DNA of 64,000 bases from Epithemia pelagica (Eukaryota > Protista > Bacillariophyta). A program made the translations under genes and the position numbers. Below the pieces are notes generated by a model, which saw only the letters and a program-made list of their open reading frames with translations, had not been told where the DNA came from and ran no database searches. Positions within the stretch are counted from its first letter, which is position 1, and each line of letters starts with the position of its first letter. This document shows positions 54,759 through 64,000 of the stretch, piece by piece. The stretch covers positions 930,001 through 994,000 of the forward strand of contig OX337229.1 of assembly GCA_946965045.2 (NCBI GenBank). The letters run 5' to 3'.

Positions 54759-56042
54759 GGAATTGATCCACCTCCGAATGACAAGGATCCCTCGCTTTCC
54801 ATCAGTGCGGGGGTAAAATCTTCATTCCATATCTGACAAGCAGAAGTGCGACGGGTTTCCGACAGGACATTTATCCCTTTGAACAAAAGTACCTACTTGT
54901 GAACTGCCGCCGATGCAGTCATGATTTCCAGCACGTTGATTCTCTGACGCAACTCGTTGATACGAAAACAAAAAGAGGAAGTTTGATCCTTTGATTTTCC
55001 ATTTCCTCTTTATGAGGCCTTCGAACTTCGGATTGAGATCACAACTCCCAACCCGCAATTCCTTTTCCTTATTCCGTTCGACTTGTGAATTGTGAAGAGC
55101 GAATAGAAAATGGAAATGTGGCGATGGACGAAGACCGAACTTCGAACTCGAACTCGAACTGACAGACGCGCACCAACCACATCGATCTCTCGAATCACGA
55201 GCACGCGAAGATTCTGGATCTGCCCTACTATTTGTGCCTACTTGTGCTAGATATGCGACTGGATCCAACGCACTATAGAGCATTATGTACCAAGCAGACT
55301 GTCAAGGAACAGAAAGCCATCTGCGCATGCTTCCTGCTTCACCGCATCTGATCTGGTGCGACGTGGGATACATATGAAAAGAACAGCAGCCGTACGAACG
55401 TACCCGAACTTTCCGCCAATGGAAAGCATCAAAAATGTCCTCATCGAACGAGGTTTCTGTCGTTTATTTTCGTTCGCACTTCTCCCGGAGTAGGAGTAGT
55501 GGAAAGGGTAACCGTCCTAGCAGCAGTAGTAATTGGCTGAACTACTCCTATGATCAAAGATCCTACGCCTAATCCCATTGTCTACAAGTCGGAGTCAATA
55601 GACTGGCATTGAGTTGAAATAGCCGATGGCATTGATGGCATCGCAAAGCAAATAGACCCCCTTCAATGCAAAGTCCCATGCACGTAGCCAATTAGCAATT
55701 ACTTCGAACCAGAGTTCGTGGCTAAGTCTTTTTAGTTTAGAAAACGTATGATGACGCTGCAAAACCATTCTCGAATGATTCAGAAATGAATCACTTTCAT
55801 CAAAACAGAGTTGTTTCGTTACAAAAGAGTCAGATCCTGGATTATGAAGACAAGTGGACTGGTTGGGTCCATCTCCGTTCTCTTGTTCGCTGTGTCGTGG
55901 CTGTTCCTTGACCAAGGACCAGCTGTGTCCACTATGGAAACGAAGACGACAAAATGCGGTTAGATGATAAGATTTCCCTCGGGCGTAACCATTTTGTCCA
56001 GCAAAGTCGATGACTCTTGAATTGGGATGATCTCGTAAGTCG

Positions 56043-57392
56043 CTAGTTGATTTCTTCAAAGGTAGGTCCATGTTCTTCATCGGGAGGGACCTGTTCTTCA
56101 TCGGGAGGACATGGTCCCTGTATTTGTTTGTCAGAAGCGTAGTTGATGTATTGATCGGGAGGACATTGTTCTTCATCGACAGGGCACTGTTCTTCATCAG
56201 GTGGACATGGTCCCTTCAATTGTTTGTCGGAAATGTTTGTCCACCAGCGAGGAGGAGAGGTCGAGAACTGTTCTGTTGACGGCTGTTCACAAATATGCCG
56301 GACATTAGGCATGGGCCGTCCAGACAGGACCTGGCGATAGGCCCAAAGCCAGCCACGTTCAGGATACATATCTTTCCAGCGAACAATACGTGGACGCATC
56401 CATGCTATCATATTCAAGAAACCATTCAAAGGAAACAAGAAGTATGACAGTACGATACTCACAAACAGGATCGGGTTTCCCGAGAGTTCAGATACATCTT
56501 GAATACCCTTCGACAAAACTTCATTCAGTACCGATGCTAGAAGAACAAGCACGAAGCCGATGAAAAACACCAAAAAGTACAAAATGGCTTGGATTGAAAC
56601 AACACGCAGAAGTTTTCTTTGTTGCGGTGACAGGGCCTCTGATGCCGAGGCACCTGGAGAAATAACATAGCGTTTGTTTGTTTGGAATTGCTGTCGAGTA
56701 GTCCAATAGACCAGCCATGTACAAGCCCCTCCCACGATAGACAAAAGAATAGGCAAAACACTGTTGATATACAAAATGACATTCGAGGCAAAGGTACCCC
56801 CACGTTCACATTCCATGTCGTTTCGGAAGCCACAAGCCGGAGGATACACGCCAGCAACATCACATATTCCCATGGACAGTAGGGGATTAAAATTCTCAGC
56901 AAACATCCCTCCTATGCCAAGACATGTGGGAACACCAATTGCAATGACGTGAACATATGGTTCCAACATTTTCTCGAGTTGCTTTTCTTTCTTGTTATAT
57001 CGTACACAAAGCAAGAAGTATATGCTCAAAAAGCAACTGTACACCATGCATCCCACGAAGTAGTTGAAGATGAAACCCACTGCTGCACATGTTCGGGCAT
57101 TTCCCGCAGCGAAGGGTAGACCTGAATCTTTTCGCATCATGAAGGGCTGGGAAAACAAATCCACGCAAACTACCAAATCCAGTGCACTTATACCAAAGAT
57201 GAGGCGATTGCTCAGTTCGTTGAGCTTCTTTCTTCTCACCATCAGGACGACGATGGTTGCAGAACCCAAAAAGGACAGTGTAGCAGAGAAAATACCCGCT
57301 CCGAAAGCAATCATATATTCAATGTTCGACAAAAATGCGATGGACGATGGAGAACTAGTCAGTCCAGGATAGAGAGTTTCAGTGGTATTCAT
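56043..57392 (-). CDS. 7TM GPCR-like receptor (CAR/Git3-like) with repeat-containing C-tail
   Basis: ATG 57392 (MNTTETLYPG). Seven hydrophobic segments; SFLGSATIV, NRLIFGISALDL, TCAAVGF, YFLLCVRY, EPYVHVIAIG, QAILY, PLNGFLN. Confidence 0.85.
   Translation of the reverse strand: MNTTETLYPGLTSSPSSIAFLSNIEYMIAFGAGIFSATLSFLGSATIVVLMVRRKKLNELSNRLIFGISALDLVVCVDLFSQPFMMRKDSGLPFAAGNARTCAAVGFIFNYFVGCMVYSCFLSIYFLLCVRYNKKEKQLEKMLEPYVHVIAIGVPTCLGIGGMFAENFNPLLSMGICDVAGVYPPACGFRNDMECERGGTFASNVILYINSVLPILLSIVGGACTWLVYWTTRQQFQTNKRYVISPGASASEALSPQQRKLLRVVSIQAILYFLVFFIGFVLVLLASVLNEVLSKGIQDVSELSGNPILFVSIVLSYFLFPLNGFLNMIAWMRPRIVRWKDMYPERGWLWAYRQVLSGRPMPNVRHICEQPSTEQFSTSPPRWWTNISDKQLKGPCPPDEEQCPVDEEQCPPDQYINYASDKQIQGPCPPDEEQVPPDEEHGPTFEEIN
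56071..56232. repeat. Nested tandem duplication (96-bp period containing 21-bp units) in the GPCR tail
   Basis: TGTTCTTCATC starts at 56071, 56092, 56167 and 56188; encodes SDKQxxGPCPPDEEQxPxDEE twice. Confidence 0.9.
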
Positions 57393-57673
57393 TTTGGGCG
57401 CCGTCCCTTGAATATTGTTGTTTTCTTGGTGGGCGCCGGGAGAGCCTTTGTTGATGGAAACTGGTTGTGCAGGATGTGCTTGACCGGGCTCTTGGACTCG
57501 CTCAATGAGAGATAACTCAAGGCAGTCGACCAAAAAACATTCTCTGCCTTTGACGGCAAGGTTCAAGGTTGACGGATCTAATCAATCATGAAGATGCACA
57601 TGCAGCCATCATCGATCTCTTTCCTTCATATACCTTCTTGTCATCATCGCAAAGAATCCACAAAACATGAGAA

Positions 57674-57800
57674 TACGAGTACGAGTACAGTACTATTACT
57701 CGTCCTATTACAGTACCATTACTCGTCGGAGTACAGTAGTGTACTCTTTCTCGTGCGAGTACTCGTACAATGAATTGTACTCTTACCCAGTTACGAGTAA
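57674..57800. repeat. Cluster of six ACGAGTA/TACTCGT heptamers in both orientations
   Basis: Exact copies at 57675, 57681, 57793 (forward) and 57697, 57720, 57760 (reverse); perfect palindrome CGAGTACTCG at 57756-57765. Confidence 0.85.
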
Positions 57801-58353
57801 GACTTTTAAGTGTAGATATCAACGGATATTGATCGGTCTGGATTCTGGAAAACTATAGACCAAAGTGTAGGGACTCGATTCACCCAACACACATCACCAT
57901 GAATTGATCAATAGTAATTCGTGAGTTTGTAGTTTGAGAAGATGCCCAGCGCGTCGACTTTCTGTTGGATAAAAGCCCCCAATATCAACGAAGAAAAGAT
58001 ACGTCTTGGGTATATTTTCTATTCAAGCTACAGAGTACTACAAATACCTATATAAAAGTCTTAGATAGACAAAAGGGCCTTATCCGTTGGGCGTTCCAGT
58101 TCTTCAGTGTAACTTTTAGACAAGAGACTCTACCTACCTCCAACCGAAGCTAGGATATGATGAAACAAAACCAATAGAGATGTGTTCCATGAAAGATGCT
58201 GAAAGCACATGAGAAGGTAGTTCATCAAGTTTGTTGTAAAAAATACTCTATGACACTATTTTACAATCTCACGGAGATAGACCAATGAGTGAAAGACCTC
58301 CATCGCTGGACATACTAAAGTCACCAAGAGATACAAAGGGTCGGCCATCCCTG

Positions 58354-60258
58354 CTAGCAGTGTACAGGGGTTTGTGGAGTGGCAGTTGCCGGCGAGTTGC
58401 GGGATGGCGTAGCTACAGCATGAGAGACTCCTCGCGCTGCCATGATGTCCCTCGAATATTCAGCCAACGCCTTGTCGATAGCATCCCATAACTTGCGTTC
58501 GGCTTTTGCAACAATGGGATCACTCGAGACTTCATCTCGATCGGGCAATGGAACACTGACAGACGCCGAACTATCAGCATTTTCCTCCCGCAGTTCCACA
58601 GCGTCATGTTGATCATTTCCTTGTCCCAGGGATACTTGAACAAATGAAGATTTATCTTTGTGTACTGGTGTCTGAAGAACATCATTGCTCAAGATGGACT
58701 GATCCGCAGATTTAGTCCCTTGATGGGTAGATCCTGTACGATTGTTGTTCCCTCTTTTCAAGATGGGATCACTTGGGACTTCATGTTGACCAGGAAATGG
58801 AAATGGTGCGCTGTTAGATGCAGAACTATCCGCATTTTCCGCCCGCAGTTCGTCAGGAGATTCAGCCACTTGATGGGCAGATCCTGTACAATTGCTGCTC
58901 CCTCTTCTCAAACTAGGTCTGTCCGACAACATGGATGTTTTGACTACATGTTCTTTGGCCGCATCAACCTCACGGCAGATTTGCGATCGCTTATCCCTAA
59001 GGGAATCAAAGTATTCAAGCCAGGCCGTAGATCGAATATGATTGACTTCCTCCAGCATCATCAGATATCGCTCTTGGAATTCCTCAGGACGAACAGGCCG
59101 GCCAGTTTCACCGTGAAAGTAGCGATAGTATCCTCCACGAGCTTTCTGGGATTTACATTGCGTGACTTCTTCCACCATTTTTGCATCGCTTACTTTGCAC
59201 GCATCCATTTGTTTCAATTGCGGACCGATCCTACAGAAAAACGCCAGTTTTTGCTCCTGGGAAAGGTCAGTCGCAACAGTTCCAGAAGTCGGAACCGAGC
59301 ATGTCAGGGGATATCCAGTTCGTGCCAGAATTTCCTTGGCAGGAGACGAGTTTGCTGATCTCTTGTCTTTTGGTATGGAGGTGAACTCATGGACTAGCTC
59401 GCGTAGTTGATGAAGTGCATCCATAGGTGGTCTGCTAGGAGTCTTGGTTTCAGTGACAGGTGTCGCGGGGGGTGACGGGTCGTTCTTGAACCTTGCGTAG
59501 GCCTGAGTGAATTCATCAGAGTTACGTTCTGAAGGCTCGACGTCGCTTGGCAGCACAAGGCTTTGGCGCTTCTTACGGCGCTTTGGACTGGGTGAATCTA
59601 GATTTCGCCACGGTTTGGGTTTAGTCGAGTTGGAAGTTGGTTGATGGGGGGTACTGAAAACGGGCGTGGATTCATCGAGAGGCTCTCGTTGGCTGGTTAC
59701 AAGCGAAGGCTGCGATAGTGGCATCATGGTTTTACGCTTGGATCTCGTTTTCCGGCGTCGGGTTGTGACATTCGTGTTGTTGGTATTGAAAGTATCGCCA
59801 TCGTCTTCAGCGTCTGAGGCATTGGATATCTCACGCAAAGGGCGCACTGACTCAGCACTGGAGGCAGAGTGCCTTCGTGCAAAGGGAAGACTATGAGGAG
59901 AGGGAGGATCTGGAATGGATAATGCATCGTCAACATGTTCCAAGTCGATTCCTTCCAGAAAATGGCCAGAGCTGTCCCTTCTCCTCTTTGTCTCTCTTTT
60001 ATTATTTACTCCAACAGAAGAATCTGTGTTGATGCAATTCCTCTGATCTCCACTCTGCGTAGAGGAGGTCAACTTCGCCCCCCTTGAGAGAGGTTCCGTC
60101 TTGTTTGCTGTAAAGGGCGAGATGCGGGTTTGGAGATTGTGTTTGGGAACTGGTAAAGAATCTCCTATTTTGTCAATGTTCCCCTTTCCCTTCCCCTCTT
60201 TCTCCGCGGTCTTTGAGAAAGGCGGCAGACCGTGGCATTGTTGACGTGTGGATACCAT
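58354..60258 (-). CDS. Hypothetical protein with disordered basic N-half and an internal duplication
   Basis: Long ORF with ATG at 60258; NLS-like PKRRKKR; ELRxENADSSAS...EVxSDPI duplicated; helical C-terminus ERKLWDAIDKALAEY. No family recognised. Confidence 0.7.
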   Translation of the reverse strand: MVSTRQQCHGLPPFSKTAEKEGKGKGNIDKIGDSLPVPKHNLQTRISPFTANKTEPLSRGAKLTSSTQSGDQRNCINTDSSVGVNNKRETKRRRDSSGHFLEGIDLEHVDDALSIPDPPSPHSLPFARRHSASSAESVRPLREISNASDAEDDGDTFNTNNTNVTTRRRKTRSKRKTMMPLSQPSLVTSQREPLDESTPVFSTPHQPTSNSTKPKPWRNLDSPSPKRRKKRQSLVLPSDVEPSERNSDEFTQAYARFKNDPSPPATPVTETKTPSRPPMDALHQLRELVHEFTSIPKDKRSANSSPAKEILARTGYPLTCSVPTSGTVATDLSQEQKLAFFCRIGPQLKQMDACKVSDAKMVEEVTQCKSQKARGGYYRYFHGETGRPVRPEEFQERYLMMLEEVNHIRSTAWLEYFDSLRDKRSQICREVDAAKEHVVKTSMLSDRPSLRRGSSNCTGSAHQVAESPDELRAENADSSASNSAPFPFPGQHEVPSDPILKRGNNNRTGSTHQGTKSADQSILSNDVLQTPVHKDKSSFVQVSLGQGNDQHDAVELREENADSSASVSVPLPDRDEVSSDPIVAKAERKLWDAIDKALAEYSRDIMAARGVSHAVATPSRNSPATATPQTPVHC

Positions 60259-61056
60259 CAATAAGGTTCTATTGAGACATTCTAGAGAGGATTATACCCG
60301 AAGAATCGTATTGTTGTTGTTTTCGCGTCGTGACGTTGAATGGCCCGTCGTGTTTTCTGATCTGAGCAAATCAGAATTGTGAAGAATCTCAGGATGGCTA
60401 TCGTTGCCGGCTGCGGCTGCCGCGCGTACCGTCCATCTGTTTGGAACATGCTTGCTCCCTCTCGTTCTCGTTCTCGACTTCTGTGACAACAACACGACAC
60501 TTGTCTTGCGACTTCCCATTGCGCCGGTAGGGTGTTCGGTTCCCGGGTCACGACCCGGCGCACGCTCTATGGACGCTGGGCGACTACCAACAAAAATCGT
60601 AGTCCTCACAAGATGGCCATCCTCGCCTCGATCTGTGACGAAAAGACGGCGAGCAATGAAGGAAAAGCAGGAAGACTCCGGGACTGTGAGAATGTATCAT
60701 TGAACAATGATTTCTACGGCATGGGCGACATATGACAAGCTCATTTATTTTTCTGGGAATGTAGCTGATCGCACAATATAGCAATGTCTTGCTGCGTGGA
60801 GTCCCCACGAGATGAGAGGGGAAATCTTCCTGGATATTCGCACCTCTGTGACAACACTGAGCTTCTCCTGGAAGATACGGTAGTTTCTGAAAACGCCGTT
60901 TCATCTCGAAAAAAGAACCTGTTCAGTCTCAGTCACGCAGCCCCTCAAAAGACGCATTTTGCTGCTCATTATTCGTCGTGAGAGAAAACATTCACTCACT
61001 TGATCAAGTGAAACAGCCGCTCGTTGTCCGAAGTTATCTGCATCGTATCAACGCCA

Positions 61057-62318
61057 ATGTATTCAGACTGTATCAACCTGATCATGATGATCTCTGGTCT
61101 TGACGTGTCATTTTGGAGTATCTCCATCGGTGCAACGTTCGTTCTTCCCATTGCGACGGCTCAGCCTACATTGATGCGTTTCAATCCAGAAACTCTGAAC
61201 AATGGGAACGTACTGACGGAAGATGAACGCTTTCTCGTCGCTTCCAATGAAGAGCGTGAGCGAGACAGCGATCGGTGAGTGGATTGTCAGTCCTTGACAG
61301 GGTGTGTATGTTGTTCACTTCTCACTAACGAAAAATCTGTGTTCACTTCAGCGCATTGTTTGAGTTTTTCTCATCACAACAAGGCCAACCTCATGGCGGA
61401 AGTAGTATGCCATTCAGCTTCTCAATGATGATGGAACCATCCATGTCCTACCCACCTTTCTTCTCGTTTCCAGATATTTCTTCTTTCCCTCAAATGAGCT
61501 ACCCTGACCTTAGCATGAGTTTCCCCAATATTGGTATGAGCTTCCCCGATGCTGACCCAACTTGTCCTGGAGATGGATTCGAGTTTGACACAGACCTTGC
61601 CATCGATATCCAATCGTTTCACGACCAATGTCCCCATCGAGGATTGAAATGCCACGGAACGCAGATGAAAGCGTCGACCAGCGGCGATTTTCCTTTCGGC
61701 GAAGACACGGTCTTGGTATGCACGACAGACGGAAGCGGTCATGAGATTTCTATTCAGCTTGTCAAGATTATCGCCAAGCTTGGAAATAAGTACGAGTTGG
61801 AGCTAGTCCTAAGCGGGTACGATTTCAACGATATCACTTTGTATATGCGTGGAGAGACTGAAAGTGGGAACTTCAACTTTTGGGACGTAAGCGGAACTGG
61901 CACACCGTCGACTGAAGCTTTTCTCTCCCTGGGTGATTACGACAGCAACAACGTTGTTGAGTTTTGCATGGTTGTCTGTATTCAAGATGGTAACTCGCCA
62001 GCCGCTTTTGGTGTCGGACCAGGTCAGACCACAGGGAACTCAATTGCCGACACTGGTGATGGAATCACCTCCAAGGATAGCGGCCTCGCCGTAGAGCCCG
62101 AAGGAGGATCGGATACTGTTATCAAGGACAACGGAGTCAACAGTGACGGCCTTTATACACCTGCAAATACATTGGCTCTGAGCATGCTGGGAATGGCTTC
62201 CGCTATTGTTATTTTTGTGGGATTCTTGTTCAGTGAGCGATCCACCCGCTTCCTCGTTCGATCGAATGACTCGAACGCTATGACAGACAGTAGCACATCG
62301 TCAACCGTGTTTGTTTAG
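61057..62318 (+). CDS. Type I membrane/secreted protein with Ser-Met-rich segment (exons 61057 or 61084-61274, 61352-62318)
   Basis: Signal-like ISIGATFVLPIATA|QP. Intron GTGAGT...CTAAC...TTCAG restores the frame (DSDR/ALFEFF). SMS/SFP repeats; C-terminal TM MLGMASAIVIFVGFLF. Confidence 0.75.
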
Positions 62319-62965
62319 ACGAGGGTTTCGGTGACCGAGTTAGACGCACAGCCTCATATTCTCTGATCTTGCCATTCAACAAAGTCGAAAGACTCATACA
62401 TAGACTCATTAAGAACAACTAGGGCTCGATCCATTTTCATGGTTTCATGTTTCCTTTTAGTTTGTTGAGGATTTGCGTTGATCAGAAGGAAAGATGTGTT
62501 CATATTTCCATGATGGTTCCGAGATCTACCCCCGAAATGGTCCCATAGATTAGATTCACCAGTTGTTGTTCTCTCTCATAGGGTGCACCTTCCAATTTCA
62601 ATCTCTCAGCATGGTCTTCCCTTTTTTGTCGCCTAGTGCGCGGGACGATCAAACATAGCCTATTGCTTTGTACCTTGTCTATGTTTTGTGAGTAACTCAT
62701 GTTGTAAATATCATCGTTAATAATCTTCCATCGATATTGACTTTTCGATTTCATTCAAGTAATCGGTAGCCTTTCAATAACTCAGTTTTACCCATTGCTC
62801 TATCCCTTCAAATCCCAATAACATTGACTCCACAGCAGACAAACACCGTTCACGATCGGTTTGACGTTCACCGCTCGCTGGTAAACCTTTTTGTCTCTCT
62901 GGAGCAAACCAGGTTCGGTTCCTCTTGTTCTTGATCTCTGTCATTTATCCCATTACACACACATC

Positions 62966-64000
62966 TTACTTCTTTGGTGCAACTCCCTTGGTCTTACCGG
63001 GTGGTGACGATGATACTCCACGCTTGGCGGATGCCGTTGTGGCTGTCTTTGCCTTGTTGACCAACGGTTTTGTGGGTGCCGTCGTCTTGGCCACTGGAGT
63101 CTTTGCTGCTGTTACGGCTCCCTTGGCAACGGGAGCTTTGGTTGGTGCCGGTTCGGTAGTTTTCTTGACCATGGCGGCTGGTTCGGACTTCTTGACGGCA
63201 GGTGTTTCGGTCGATACTGGATCCGTAGAAGCGGGTGGGTCGACTGATTTGGTGCCTTTGGAGTTGAGATCCTTTGTGATATTCGTCGAATCTATCTTGG
63301 ATGATGATTCTGGAGTCGCACCAGCATCATTCGTCTTGCTGGTCTCCGACTTGGGACCAAGAGTCGTCCAGGTTCGTTCAATCAGTGTTTGAAGAATTAC
63401 ATCCGAAGACGATTCCTGCTTCTTCATCAAGTACCACTTATTTACATTGGGCCAGTTTCGACAAACCTTGTGTACAGTGGAACCCAAGCGATTCCATTCG
63501 GAGAGTGTATACTTGCTTTCAGTAGTTTCCATTGACTGGTAACGGCTGCTGTCAATGAACACCAAGCTTACAGGAGGAGGCGTTTGTTGCGGGTATCGAG
63601 TGCCGCGACGAAAGGTAATATTGCGATCCAACCACACTTTCCAAAGATTGAGCGTTTCCTCGTTTGCCTTATCATCTGACGAACGGCTCAACAAATCCAA
63701 AACCAAAACGACATGATGAACGGATGGCAATAGGGAATAGTTCCAACTAGCCGGAGGCTGATCCTTGGCGGTACAATCCACATTGAACACGTGCAAACGA
63801 ACCGTCTCATTGACACTGGCAGAAGACTCGAAGGAATAATCCTTGGAGGAGTAATTCATGGCAAAGGGCGACGACGAAGTTGCCTCGGGCGAGGTAGGGA
63901 TTCCAGTCATCCACTGTGTTTTCCCAGCTGTTGCAGGTCCCACGACCAACACTTTCATGTACTTGGTCGGTTCGGGTGGGTCCACTGAGGGAGGACTAGG
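62966..64000 (-). CDS. Divergent Rab/Ras-like small GTPase with Lys/Ala/Thr/Pro-rich tail (5' end may lie beyond the window)
   Basis: KVLVVGPATAGKT P-loop; KDY...VRLHVFNVD; VVLVLDL. Frame is open to the window edge; 63985 is GTG. Confidence 0.55.
   Translation of the reverse strand, partial: PSPPSVDPPEPTKYMKVLVVGPATAGKTQWMTGIPTSPEATSSSPFAMNYSSKDYSFESSASVNETVRLHVFNVDCTAKDQPPASWNYSLLPSVHHVVLVLDLLSRSSDDKANEETLNLWKVWLDRNITFRRGTRYPQQTPPPVSLVFIDSSRYQSMETTESKYTLSEWNRLGSTVHKVCRNWPNVNKWYLMKKQESSSDVILQTLIERTWTTLGPKSETSKTNDAGATPESSSKIDSTNITKDLNSKGTKSVDPPASTDPVSTETPAVKKSEPAAMVKKTTEPAPTKAPVAKGAVTAAKTPVAKTTAPTKPLVNKAKTATTASAKRGVSSSPPGKTKGVAPKK

Noticed and set aside
54822-55283. 153-aa minus-strand ORF MLYSALDP...
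   Set aside because: No motif recognised and it includes AT-rich, intron- or UTR-like sequence. It may partly be the 5' region of the YqgF-like gene but cannot be supported.
60282-60981. Several 60-106 aa ORFs between the two divergent genes
   Set aside because: Overlapping, motif-free ORFs in a bidirectional promoter/UTR region.
1-64000. tRNA, rRNA, snRNA genes and intact transposase or reverse-transcriptase ORFs
   Set aside because: None recognised by eye; tRNAscan-SE, Infernal and RepeatModeler would be needed to exclude them.

Overview
Gene-dense, intron-poor eukaryotic nuclear DNA, very probably from a pennate diatom. The evidence is short GT-AG introns, signal peptides followed by ASAFAP-like 'A|F' plastid motifs, and CAA/ACG-rich low-complexity tracts. 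About 28 protein-coding loci were found. Housekeeping genes: CCR4, TFIP11, CDK, QPRT/nadC, HEATR5, SF3A3, SPRYD7, TMEM128. Transporters and channels: ZIP, CLC, Fluc/CrcB, EamA and a four-repeat voltage-gated channel. Bacterial-type genes: CvfB-like, HopJ-like, LarE, YqgF-like. Also a 7TM receptor and several unknowns. The most unusual element is an intronless Crinkler-type PD-(D/E)xK nuclease gene (1889-3067) bracketed by a ~130-bp, ~84%-identical direct repeat (1606-1735 / 3244-3375) between two convergent genes. A second intronless Crinkler-type nuclease (HNH, 17409-18662) also sits in a tail-to-tail intergenic gap. Other highlights: a 4x6TM channel with Kv-like repeats but an E/E/D/E acidic pore, a CxxC-C type LarE near nadC and a rhodanese, and up to three loci interrupted by in-frame stops. 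No rRNA, tRNA, CRISPR array or intact transposase/RT gene was recognised. All family calls come from motif recognition by eye; no database search was run.
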